Origin: Trypethelium eluteriae | Lineage: Eukaryota | NCBI GenBank assembly: GCA_051942245.1 | Contig: JAVECL010000074.1 | Location: forward strand, 1 to 61,977 | Reading direction: 5' to 3' | Length of the DNA: 61,977 nucleotides | In this document: positions 39,501 through 51,131 of the stretch, in pieces | How the letters are laid out: each line of letters begins with the position of its first letter | Numbering within the stretch: the stretch's first letter is position 1 | Notes under the pieces: model-generated | Database searches by the model: none | Seen by the model: the letters and a program-made list of their open reading frames with translations, nothing else | Told to the model about the DNA's origin: nothing | Program-made: the position numbers and the translations under genes

Positions 39501-42500
39501 TAAGACCAATACAGGTAGGATGGGGGCCGACCTTGATGACGAAGGACTGATCCTGGATCAGACCTTCTGTTTCGCACGCACGTACAGCCTCCAGAAAGGC
39601 GACCGGCTCGCGGGTGTGCCGACGCATGTAGTGCGCGTTAAAGACACCATCCTCGCCGGGTTGCACGATTCGACCGAGCAAAGTAGATGCAACCGGAACA
39701 GTGGGTGGGTGGAAGTGTGCACGCGACGCATTCGACTCGAGATCGTCTAGCACTGGATCCATCTGGCGGGTGTGGAATGCATGTTGAATGCGCAAGCGGG
39801 TGGCTGCAACTTTTCCATCGGACTTCAAATAGCCTTCGAGGGCCTCGATAGCAGAAATGGGACCGCCAACGAAGTGCTGGATGGGCTATTGAAGCAGGTT
39901 ACTTCACAACCCGCAGCCCCCACTGAATCCCGCAAACGCCACTGGACTTTCCTGGCGGGGAGCGCGACAGCTAGCATGCCTGCTTCGGATGGCGGACATC
40001 GAGTAAAGATAAGCGTCGCACGCTCGTAAGCCAGGGCAAGCGCGTCGCCTACTGAGAGTACACCAGCCACGCAGAGCGCCGCATACTCACCCAGACTGTG
40101 ACCGATAAGCAGGGTAGGCCGCAAACCGAGCGATTGCCAGTATCGGGCGAGGGCAATCTCGAGAGCAACGGTTGCCACTTGCATGTCGCGCTCGTTAATT
40201 GTTGTACCCATCGATTTTATACCCTCTGATTCGCGAATCGTGTCGAGAAACTGGCAGTCCAACCCCTGAGCATTACAGAGGCGCTGATATGAGTCGAGCA
40301 GGCGCCGGAACGTAGCCGATGTACGATATAGCATGCCACCCATGCCAACATGCTGGCTACCCTGACCTGTGAAGGCAAATACTACCGACGATGCTGGCCC
40401 CGACCCCAAGGACTTCGCAGCCGGCAGCGGAGTAGGCTGTTCCAACTGACGTAGAAGTTCCGCGGTAGACGTTGCCACGTACGCGTCTCGGTGAATGTGA
40501 TGTATGCGCCGCGCTGTGGTCGTGTAGGCTAGGTCTGCCAGCTGCGTCTCTGGGTGCTGCGTTAGATATTGGCGAAGGCGACTCTTGTTCGCGTCATGTG
40601 CTGTAGTAGTGCGGCCGGACGTGACCACGACGTGGTATGCTCGTCCTTCAAGCTGTGACGGCGGTGACGGCAGGGAGAAGGAAGGTGCGTCACGAATTAT
40701 CAAGCTCACATTACCCCCTGCGGCATCGAAACTGTTGACGAAGATGTAACGAGGGGTTGTTCCATTACGTGGCCATGGCTGTCCATTGGCAAGCTGTATT
40801 TCTTTACCCAGAAGTGGTGTCAGGTGTGGATTCAGCGTGACAGGCTAGCCAGGCTGAGGAGGAATGGTGTCACGGTGGAGGATGAGAATGGCCTTGATCA
40901 GGGAGATGACGCCTGCCGCGGCCTCGCTATGGCCGATGTTGGCCTTGATAGCTCCGACGATGAGTGGCTGGGTGCGCTGGGACTCAGTGGAAGACGCGAA
41001 GACGCTTCGTACGACCTGCGTCTCAAGACGATCTCCTGTCTGAGTTCCAGTGCCATGCATTTCGATGACGCCGACCTCGTGTGGGCGGACCGCCGCCTGC
41101 CGTAGTACGCGGCGGTAGAGGGCTTCTTGAGCTTGCTCGCCAGGATGCGTAATGGAGCCGGCGCCAGCATTGCAGTTGCGCGCTGCGCCTCCAATGACGG
41201 CAAGAACGTCATCTTTTGCGCGGATCGCGTCTGCCAGGCGCTTCAACACGACGACGGCGACGCCCTCGCCACGACAATACCCGTCGGCCTGATTGGAGTA
41301 GGTTTTGCAAGCCCCCGTGGGGGAGAGGAACCCTCCCTGGCTCAGGCCAGCAAACCATTCGGGGGCATTCAGCAGCGTGCCGCCGCCCACCACCGCCGCG
41401 TCGCACTCGCCAGCCGCGAGAGCATCGCGGGCAAGGCAGACACCCGTGGCACTCGAGGAACAGCCCGTGTCGATGCTATAGAAGCCACCCGCCCACTGAG
41501 AGTAATGGCACAGGCGCCCAGGCGCAAAGTCGCGGTTGACGCCTGGCAGAAAGTGTGTATCGATGCCCTATTGTTCGTTGATTGTCTTCCAGTCATCCGT
41601 CGTTTGGCCAAAGTACGTAGCGATGCGTGGTGGTGCCTGATCGCCGCCAGCGGCGGACGGGGATGAGTAGCCGGCCATTTCCAAGGCCTCGTATGTCGTC
41701 ATAAGCAGCATTCTTTGTACTGGATCCATCTGAAATGCCTCACGCGGCGAGATATTGAACAGACGATGATCAAAGTCGCCAGGCTTCTTAATGAAGCATC
41801 CATGACGCGCGAGAAGAGCACTGTGTGTCGAGCGAGAAGGATCGTAGAAGTCATCTACGCAGAATCGTGATGATGGAATTTCCTGATGGGTAGTCGTTCC
41901 GGTTTCTAATAGGCCTCAGAGCTCGTCCAGCGCGTCGCTCTCGGGGAAGCGTGCCGACATTCCGACAACGGCAATTGGATTCGGTGGTAAGCTGCTAACA
42001 TCATCTCCAGAAGGCTTTGGGCATGTTGGGGATTCCGTCAGGTGAAGGCCTTGGCCATGTTTCTGCAAGATGCTTCGCACTATGGATGCATCCCAGGTCG
42101 AGCCGATTGTTGTGAGGACGACATTGGAGCTACCTGTTTTTTGAAGCGCGGCAGCAACTGACCGAACCGTTTCCTCGATCTGCATCGGCTTGTGTGCGAT
42201 CTCTGCCACTATAAGGCGCAGCATCTCACCGTAGGTTCTATCCGAGGGAGAGCCGGCAGGAGAGTGGGCGGAGTATAGAGGTCTTTGGACGGTGTATGCA
42301 TCAGGTACCGGAGAGACACCTAGTATCTTGGCAGGATCCACTGGCGGGAGATGTGAGCCGTACATAGGACATCGAGACGGAGCGGGAGCGGATGGAATGG
42401 ATTGTTGGAAAGCCGGTGTTCGTCCAAAAGCATCCAAGGTTGATGGCGGCCCAAATACGACGACGCTTTCCGGCAAAACTTGGCCAATATAAGCTCGTTG

Positions 42501-43156
42501 AAGGGGTCGTAGCGTGCAATTAATCTTTTCCAGTCGCTGATCGAGCTCTATCAAGTTTGAGCCAGAGACCACCCGCGCCCATGGACCGTCCGAATCTTCG
42601 ATATCCTTGCCCATCCGTTGCAAGTCAATGGCTAGATTGAAAGCAACAGCCACGCCTCTCAAGCGTAGCGTAACAACAGCTCCTACATTGCTCGCCGTGG
42701 CGGCAATCGCTGCCGCTATCAATCCAACACCAAAACCAACAGGAAGTAATGTCTCGTCCACTCTGGTTGACAATATCGAAGGGTGGTCCTCAGCAAGCCT
42801 ATTTCCGTGTCAGTTCCAACTTCACTTCATCTCGCTTCATTTTGGAAGGGGCAAACGGCGTACACCACCAACTGGCCGATCTGAATCGTAGTTAAAATGA
42901 CAATGTCGGCAACCACATTCTGACGATGCTCGCTAGTGTGTCTTTCGGCGAGCTCCACGAGATCCTCGAATGCACCAATACTCGAGCGTTCAGGACTATC
43001 GAAGGCAAGAGTCTGTCTATAGACCACAGCCGAAGCTGCAGTAAGGAAGGTTTGAAGTTGGGGACGCGTCTTGGATCGCACATTCAAGTCGTGCATCGCG
43101 CCGAGAAGGTCTGTATGCTCGTGCCGAAAGAGGAGGACATGGCTGGAGGACGCCAT
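36506..43156 (-). pseudogene. orsA: Non-reducing iterative PKS (SAT-KS-AT-PT-ACP-ACP-TE), orsellinic acid synthase OrsA-like, pseudogenised
   Basis: KS DTGCSSS, EMHGTGT, NIGHSEAAAG; AT GHSLGEY, HAFH; PT GHVVDG; ACP GVDSQ; TE GWSAG and GDHFSMM across a terminal intron. The N-terminus HDLNVRSK...FEDLVELAER matches recalled Aspergillus OrsA. Lesions: TGA 41916, TAG 41568, TAG 40845, 1-nt deletion ~39872, TGA 36742. Confidence 0.88.
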
Positions 43157-43864
43157 GGTGGAACTACTTGTGTAGCTCAAAATCTTGCCAGCGACCCTTC
43201 TGTTTTAGGGGAGATATAAGGCTTTAAGATAGCCTAAGGGAGTCAAGCGGGCAGACCGTCACGGGCGGCAATTTTTTGGTACCTGCGCGTTGCCTCCTAG
43301 CCTAGGATCGAGAGCAAGTGAAGGCACAGATACCACTGGTCTGGACTGCACACGGTGGTCTTTTAGCTTGACCACACTCTGATCCTGATGGATGAAGCGA
43401 AGTTGGAGAGCAAAAACCAAGGGAAGTTTGTCTTTGCACCAACGTTATATAGTACTCGCATGGAGAGAGCAAGATGGTCCAAGCGAGTACGGTACGCTCC
43501 AACGGTCCTATTCCTTCGCTAGACACAGTCAGCTGAAGGTGAAGTGAGGCTTTGAGCCGTGCCGGACTGCAGTCGAGATGATAGGAAAAGACATCCGGAG
43601 AGTTTCTTTTTTTTTTTTTTTCCTTCGTAGTCTCGCTTTCATTGGAAGCATCGAAGGGTACCAAGAAGACTTCGTCGAGTATACAAATTCAGCCCCTGGC
43701 AACACAGGCCTGCGATAACGGTGTAGATAGCAAAGTACCGCCTGACGTGGACCAGAGCCAGGATAGTCTATGATTCACCAAAGCTTTCAATTCGAGAGAT
43801 ACTCCGAGTGGTGAATTCTGCGAAAGGGCACGGTGTCGGAGGACGCCAAGATGGAAAACTAGAA

Positions 43865-44076
43865 TACATCATCTTCCTGCGTCCGATTTCTACGACTTGC
43901 ATTAGCGTGCTCTCATACAAAGTGATGAAAATCGCTACCAAAGGAAGAAGTTTGGAGAATTTTGGAGTAAATCCTTTTGTTCTGTTCCATCAAGGTCCAT
44001 GGACAAATCTGTTGAATAGGTCTCAATGGCTTCATTAGAGAGACGGCGTAGACATCGGACGCAGGAAGATTCTGTA
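43865..44076. repeat. 32-bp imperfect inverted repeat pair (MITE-like foldback)
   Basis: tacatcatcttcctgcgtccgatttctacgac (43865-43896) versus the reverse complement of 44045-44076, tacagaatcttcctgcgtccgatgtctacgcc: 28/32 identical. Confidence 0.7.
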
Positions 44077-44449
44077 TACGATTTCAGCCCCAGCAAATCT
44101 GGTGTAGGGAGAGGCGTAGATTCCAATGTTGTGTCCAGCGTAAAATAGAGATATCGTCCAACAGAGACGCCAGATCAACTTGAAAGACATTACGAATGAG
44201 ATGTTGCATAGATGCATGCTGTCAGATGGTCAGGTATTTGAGGCTCCACAAGATCCCACCTTCTCCGGAGAACCTCTTTTAGAATTGTCCTAATCTTCGC
44301 GCGATTATGACAGTCATGAATCTTCGGCCTTCTTCCATGCTAGGTATACGGTTACGTGCGACGCACATAACCTCTCATCTCATCTTTAAGGTAGGTATGT
44401 ACACATAAGCCTCAATCCATAACACATACCTGTAGCGAATCATCGTGAG

Positions 44450-44463
44450 AAAAAAAAGAAAAA
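44450..44463 (-). terminator. Pol III-type oligo-T terminator of tRNA-Ile
   Basis: TTTTTCTTTTTTTT on the minus strand, 10 nt after the discriminator base. Confidence 0.75.
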
Positions 44464-44473
44464 GGTTCGGAAT

Positions 44474-44641
44474 TGGTCAGTACGCTGGAATAAGTCAGTA
44501 TCCTGTTGGAATTGAAACGCGGACAACCTACGTGATCGAAACCGCGACCTTAGCGTTATTAGCCTAGAAAGGATTAACATTAATGCGTGTAAGGAGGAAG
44601 ATTGCCTTACACTACGCTCTAACCAACTGAGCTAACCGACC
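44474..44641 (-). tRNA. tRNA-Ile (anticodon AAT) split by two GT-AG introns
   Basis: Exons 44641-44611, 44563-44532, 44484-44474 join to GGTCGGTTAGCTCAGTTGGTTAGAGCGTAGT|GCTAATAACGCTAAGGTCGCGGTTTCGATCAC|CGTACTGACCA (74 nt). Stems: acceptor GGTCGGT/ACTGACC, D GCTC/GAGC, anticodon TAGTG/CGCTA with loop CT-AAT-AA, T GCGGT/ACCGT. Confidence 0.92.
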
Positions 44642-46243
44642 ATATCAATTATGATAACCCTAACAACAGTATTTACATGATATCTCTAAGTTAAATCGAC
44701 CGTCCGCGCCGACTCTATCCCCGTGAATCTCCGTCTTGATATCCAAGCTTTGACTTCAGCTCTGCTAGACTACTACTGCCTGTGTCGTTCCGACTTGGCG
44801 TTAAAGTAGCGGGATTCCCGCCTGTCATGACATGGACATCAAGCACGGGCTAGATCATGTGATCATGAGACCGGAGAAACTATCACCCGGTTACTCGTGA
44901 CCTTTGTGGGCTTCTGGCCCGTGCACGACGATCACATGAGCACTAGCTCCTAGCCCTCTTCTTCTAGCTTCATAGCTTCTCTAGCCTCTAGGTACCTTAG
45001 CTTCCTAGCTTCACCACCAATCGATCTGTTCTGGGTCCTGATCCACTCACGTGTCCACGCTTCACCTTCCCTTCCACACAAGCTACCTAGACACGCTAGA
45101 TTAGGTACCTCTACAGCTGTACAATATCCTCATAGCAAGGTGGATAGTTGTTCATCAATGAGATCACATCCATCGCCCTGACACCGCCCGCCCTCCTCAA
45201 CCTCCTTATCTACTAAAGTGATGCCATATCGCTTGTTTGGAGATTTTTACTTAGAAGATCCTGAGGACCATTTAAGCCTCTCGCAGCTGACTTGCTTAAA
45301 AAGCCTTGAGCCTTATCTTAGAAGCTTAGAATCGCAAAGTCGTGAGCGTAAATTACACAGACACAGAGAGTTTAGATTTTATTAACAGTTGGCAGATAAG
45401 GCTGTTCAATTCGACTTTCAAACTCAATTTAACGAATTCTGTGAGATTGAGGCCTTATTATGGGACCCCCCACGGCCGCATTACCTCATCCAACCCTCTG
45501 GTGAACTTTAATCACTTATAGCACACCACCTTCACAACCCCAGCTTTAATACAAACAATGTAGCCGGGATAAAGACAGCTATAATCGCCAGTTTCATCTA
45601 CGTCAACCGCTCCATCTGCGAGAAGCTGGCCAGAATGATCTAGGATCGCTCGTAGCCTAGCAGTGCTGAGGACCGTCCGAGAATTAGACTGTCTGCGTTG
45701 AGAAGCTAGTATCTTCTGGCGCATCTTTGCGGCCTGAACGGCTTCTGAGGCTGCCCTCTCCAGTCTTTGGCTTTGCTGGCCGCAAACAAGTTTCACAAAA
45801 TCGGCCTTTGTGGTCCAAGGCCGGCATAGGAAGAAGTCTTACGTCATTTCAATCCTCGCCAGCTTTCCGGCAACGCCCAATTTGAGATCCTGCTTACAAG
45901 CGTGTTTCTGCCCCCAGGGGTGCAGGAAGACTTGCGGGTGCATGACGAAGACGATGAGCCTGACTACCTCTGTCTTCCCACTGGCACTGTCTAATGCTGC
46001 AGACCATTCGAGGAACAAGCTCAACCCTTGGTATGATCCCCAGAGCCTGAGTTCCTCTAGGGGGCGACCCCGCTTACGGTATATCTTTTTCATCCTCTCC
46101 CGAACATAAACGCCCCAAACAACCTTAACAGTAGCCCACATGTTGCTCCGCAACTCTTCCATATAGTTTTTATGGCATTTAAGAATATCTGGAGGATAAT
46201 CTCAAATCCTATTAACTACCTCTGAATTTTTTCAACGTGCAAG

Positions 46244-47167
46244 GTGATCAAAGATCAATATTTTGTCCTTCTTAAAGCCATTTTGTATAACAAGCCAAAT
46301 ACATGCATTTGTCTTATCAGCTACCTCCCAAATGAGATTAGGGAGTGGCTATCAGACCAACAGTGGACCTTTTTTGAAGGACGAACAATATCTACATCAA
46401 ATGACCTGAAGGACTTTCATAGACGATACTGTGGAGAGTTTGCACGAAGTGATTCAAGCCCTACCGAACTCATCCAAGACCTTCTCCGTATGCAACGACA
46501 GCACATCAGAGTGCAGTCTTCAAAGGCGGCAGTCATCGATGAGCTTACTTTCTATGGATTCGGCGAGCGACGAGTCGTGCAATTGAAATGCAGCCACTGT
46601 AAAAAGCCACTGCCGGATGACGATGCAGCTCGATGGGCGACTTTGGACCCGAACTCTTATGTGAGGAAGAAAGCTCCGGCTCACCTGTGTAGCGGAACCG
46701 GCCGATATTATGCTATTCCTATTAAAGCTTCCATTCCTTCGTGCTTTCCTAACAGGAGTACTCTGCAAGCACTACGACGACCACCTCGTAACGATTGGCA
46801 ACGCTGCATACGCGCACCTCAGAGATGTGAAAATTTGCCACAGACAGTCGAAAGTTGGTGCATTGGGTGTAGAGAGGGAACATTACTGTCTGATGGAAGC
46901 AACAAGTGTGTAGACTTCAGCCCTAGATGGACCGCGGGCAGTCCTCCAAAATATATTGAGAGAATGCCAAATTGTTTCAAGTGCGATGCGGGCTCTCGCT
47001 TCATACCTATCGATGCGGGAATCCCTAGCATAGGGACACAAGTTCTGCGACACTTTGCTGAAGAATTCGGGGAGCTGAGCGACGGAGGCCTTGAAGCGGC
47101 TCTCAGCAGACGAGCTCCAAGCCGTAGAACGAAAAGAGTCGTTCGAAGCAAGGAGACGCTAACATGA
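46244..47167 (+). CDS. Cys-rich hypothetical protein with two internal repeats; possibly the surviving 3' part of a degraded gene
   Basis: 307-codon ORF without an ATG start. Repeat 1 CSHC..DDDAARW..P.SYV..C..AIPI..IPS; repeat 2 CIGC..DFSPRW..PKYI..CFKC..FIPI..IPS. Confidence 0.55.
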   Translation: MIKDQYFVLLKAILYNKPNTCICLISYLPNEIREWLSDQQWTFFEGRTISTSNDLKDFHRRYCGEFARSDSSPTELIQDLLRMQRQHIRVQSSKAAVIDELTFYGFGERRVVQLKCSHCKKPLPDDDAARWATLDPNSYVRKKAPAHLCSGTGRYYAIPIKASIPSCFPNRSTLQALRRPPRNDWQRCIRAPQRCENLPQTVESWCIGCREGTLLSDGSNKCVDFSPRWTAGSPPKYIERMPNCFKCDAGSRFIPIDAGIPSIGTQVLRHFAEEFGELSDGGLEAALSRRAPSRRTKRVVRSKETLT

Positions 47168-48019
47168 ATGAGGAGTACTTCTACCACCACCAGCTCCTGT
47201 ACTCCAGTTTAAATAGAGTTGCCTCATCTTCCTTCAATTTAATAAGCCCCTTCGCTTGGATACATACAGGATCCTCACGTCTTGATCAACGTTTTAATTT
47301 CACGTGCTATGGTACGTGAGAAATTTCGAACAGCGTCCTGGAAGTGAGGGCTCGTCAGAAAACGATAATCACAACCAACTATTTTCGGACGCCAGCTTTT
47401 TGTTAATCTGCTTTGCGTTATAAAGTCGTTGGATAGGTGTGCTAGTAGGGGCCCATTTTCGGGCCAGGTATACCAGCCTCCTGCGTCTACTGTCATCCTG
47501 CTTCCTTTCCAGGAGTTCCGCATCCTTTAATAGAGCATTCTAAGCCTACTAATGAGATTTACACAAGGATCTCAACAAATAAAATTTGGCAGAATCGCTC
47601 CACAATCCTCCCAGCTCTTTCAAATTCCCCCTTTGGTAGCGATTATCATTGTTTTATATGAGAGCCCGCTAACGCGGATCGTAGAAATCAGACGTAGTAA
47701 GCTGGTATATCTCTTCACACTGGCCAATTCGCAAATATAGGCAGCGAATATCAGTAGGCGGCACTAGATAAGCACCGCGAGCAAAGAAGACTGAGGGCCG
47801 GGGGCACAGGAGCTGAAGCTGAAGGATGATAGAGGGGGCCGCATCAGCGCCGTCTATGCCGCACGAGCCGGGCGATACAGATAGAAAGGCAAGGGCGAGG
47901 ACGAAAGGCCAGGACAGACGGTCGGCAGGGGGAAAGGGACCTTTATAGACGGCGGCGCGATACAGGAACGGGGTCCAGTACAGGTGCAGGACTAGCCGGA
48001 AAAAGACTGCACCGGGACC

Positions 48020-48410
48020 AAGATTATATTTTACTATTTCTTACAACACTGCTCTTTGCACGACTATTTAGGGAGTTCTGATGTTTGGGATGAGCAATAA
48101 TTATGTAGATTTCTAAATAATGCTCTTTTTTGTAACTTTATGTGTACTGCAGTGGTGGTGAGGTTAGAATCTTTAAGGTACCTTATAAATAAAGGGCAGG
48201 TTTTAATTTTTATAATAATTATTATTTAGCTGCAGCTTCTTTGCTTAAATAACAAAATAATTTAAGAGTAATCTCTTTGAGTACTTTAAAAAATATTAAA
48301 AAGCGCTTATTAAAATATTATCTTTATACAGTCTTATAATTATTTAGAAAGAGAAATAAGGATGTGATTATAAATTAAGGACAAGACTTAAATCCCAATA
48401 ACATATCCTT
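48020..48410. other. AT-rich, TpA-rich patch consistent with RIP-degraded DNA
   Basis: Stretches such as tataataattattatttagc and aaatattaaaaagcgcttattaaaatattatc, with no ORFs. RIP indices not computed. Confidence 0.55.
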
Positions 48411-48851
48411 TGCTGCTGAGGTCAAGATGTCTAGCTGTGGCGCTGTGTTCGCGCAGAAGATGACCTCTCCATACAACCAACTGGGTTATTGGTATTAGCG
48501 TGCTAACGTAGCAAAATTACGGCTGGCTTAACCTTAGCTTAACCCCACTTGTAGTTGCACCGCTACAGTTCATACTCTAGGTATTTAATCGTGCTTAATT
48601 AAGCTTTTTTCTATCAATAGGGGTTTAAATGTTGTTCAAGTTTAAATGACTGTCGTGGCTGCGATATGTACTCTAATATGTATATCGTCGAAAGTAATAT
48701 AGCGGTCCATTTGCATGCGGGCACATTTGCAACTTCAATTATCCATTTAAGCCTCTATATGCAAAATACGTAGTAGTTATACTCCAAATACTACTGCCCT
48801 CCAAATTCGTTCTGTCCTTTGCCTCCTCACAGACACTTCCGTGTACTCGAT

Positions 48852-51131
48852 ATGATCCTGGATCCTCTCTCTGCGCTAGGCGTTGCCGGAAATATCGTTC
48901 AATTTGTCCAGTTCAGCGGCGAACTCGTTAGTCGCGCAGTCGAACTTTATCGATCCTCCACCGGGCTGCTGCAACAGCACAAGGAGCTGCTCGCTTCCGC
49001 CGAACTCTTAAAGCAGGATTCGCAAGCGCTCCTAGACGATTTTGCGGGAGTGTTCGGCGAGTCCAAGGACGAAAGGTCTCTGCGAAACTTGGTAAAACTA
49101 TATCATGAGCTTGCCGCCAAACTCGTCGCCGTGCTCGAAGACCTCAAGCCGAAATCAGAACACCGTAAGTGGGAAGCTGTACGCCAGACACTTCGCACGG
49201 CGTATCGAGATTCAGCTATCAATTCGCTAATTGAGCGAATGAGGCTACTTCGAGATGCCTTAAACAATCATCTACTCATTTCTCTTAAGTATGTCTTCAG
49301 GATTTTCGGCGGGATGTCTTCTGATTGTAACAGTTCTTCCAGCTCTAAGAGCCTTTCCTTGCTCAACAACCTCATAAAGCAGCAGAAGAACTTGAATTTC
49401 ATCAGTCAGCCACTGGATCTCCATCCTTTAGAAGCCATCGTAACTTCGGTCAAATATCTCCAAGAGATCATAAATAGTTGTGACGAAGAGGAGGATCTAA
49501 AACCGTCGAGGAAGAAAGCTCGTCGTCATTTCAATGACTTCTCAGTCACAATGCCTGACGGAGAGCCTGGGGAAGGGCCCGATAACGAGGCTCGCGAAAG
49601 CGACGGTGAAGAGCCTGAACACATTCATGAGGAAGAACCACTGGTCATGCCTCAGAATATGGGCAAATGGTCTTATACACTTTTGGCTAGTGCGAAGCGC
49701 GCAAGAATTATTCGTGCTCAGTACAGAGTTCTGATAAGCCTAAGGTTTGGAGACATGAGGACCCGCGAGTCCAACATCCATGACGCATACGAGAACACCT
49801 ACAACTGGGTGGTGGAGACCGACCGCGGCGAGCAAGAGGAGACTCCAAACGAAATCCCTGTGGTAAACACGTGGCTAGGTTCTGAGGGCGGGGTGTTCTG
49901 GCTGGCTGGGAAAGCGGGCTCAGGCAAATCCACCCTGATGAAGCACATCATTCGTCAAGCCAACCTCAAGATGCTACTCCATCGGTAGGCACGGAAAATG
50001 AAAGTCGTGATCTGCTCCTTCTTCTTTTGGCAGTCTGGATCTAAACTTCAGAAGTCTCAGGAAGGCCTTCTGCGCACACTCTTCTACCAGATCTTCCATG
50101 CATACCCCGAACTGATCCACAAACTATTACCCGAAAGATGTAGAGGCGCATCAATAGTCGACGATACCAGCACGGACTGGCCACGCACGGACTTACTCCA
50201 GCTTTTACGACGATTCGTTGCGCTGGACTTTCCCAAAACGGCGTTCTGTCTCTTCATAGACGGTCTAGATGAATGTGGTGAAGACCTCTTCGATCTTATT
50301 GCTATCCTTCTGAATGTCAGGAACCATAGTATCAAGATGTGTCTCGCCAGCCGGCCTTGGAATTGCTTTGAAGAAGTATTCGGACAAGATCGACGAAGAA
50401 CAATTCGACTGGAAGAACACAATCGCAAGGATATCCTCCACTTCATGAGCCATACTATCTCCGGCTGCCCAGGATATCCAAAGCTTCAACGATCGGACCC
50501 TGAATGCGATTCACTGATCACTGAGATTGTCGACAAGGCACAAGGCGTATTTGTCTGGGTCTTTCTTGTCACTAGGTCCTTGATGCGTGGGCTGACCAAT
50601 GGCGACTCAATCAATACCCTTCGCATGCGACTGAAAACGTTTCCGCCGGAGCTTGGACCGTAGTTTATGCACATGTTTAAGAACATCGAGAAGGTTTACC
50701 TGCAAGAGACGTCAGAGCTTCTACAGACATCAGTTGCGGCCGTTGAACCGCTTTCGATCATGCTCTATCAAGCACTTTTAGAACCAGACATCGATGCGTA
50801 CGAAGCGAGATGCAAGGCTATCTTTTCGGTGTCAGATCTCAACACTTTTCTCATCAGTCTCGAACAGACCAAGAAGAGGGTCAATGCCCGCTGTCAGGAT
50901 CTGCTCGAAACTATTGACTGCTCGCTCTCTGTTTCTATAATCTCCAATGCGTTCAAGCAAGCTTACCACGGTAGCAAGGTGGAGTTTCTGCAACGAACTG
51001 TCGCAGACTTTTTGCGCCAACCGGAGATGACTACCTTGCTCAGTGAGCATGTTGGAGAGGACTTCGATCCAAATTCCAAAATTAATAAGTGCTCTCAGGC
51101 TATTTTCCGCTTGTTTGAAGATCTCATTTAA
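48852..51131 (+). pseudogene. NACHT (STAND) NLR-like gene with a fungal N-terminal helical domain, interrupted by stops
   Basis: MILDPLSALGVAGNIVQFVQF N-terminus; FWLAGKAGSGKSTLMK (Walker A); SFFFW..G..LQKSQEGLLRTL; CLFIDGLDE (Walker B); IVDKAQGVFVWVFLV. In-frame TAG at 49986 and 50661, TAA at 51129, with TpA-rich sequence beyond. Confidence 0.88.

Noticed and set aside
36742..41918. PKS stops as A-to-I-correctable codons
   Set aside because: The TAGs are at Gln positions, and there is also a frameshift and an ACP Ser loss. Ordinary pseudogenisation fits better.
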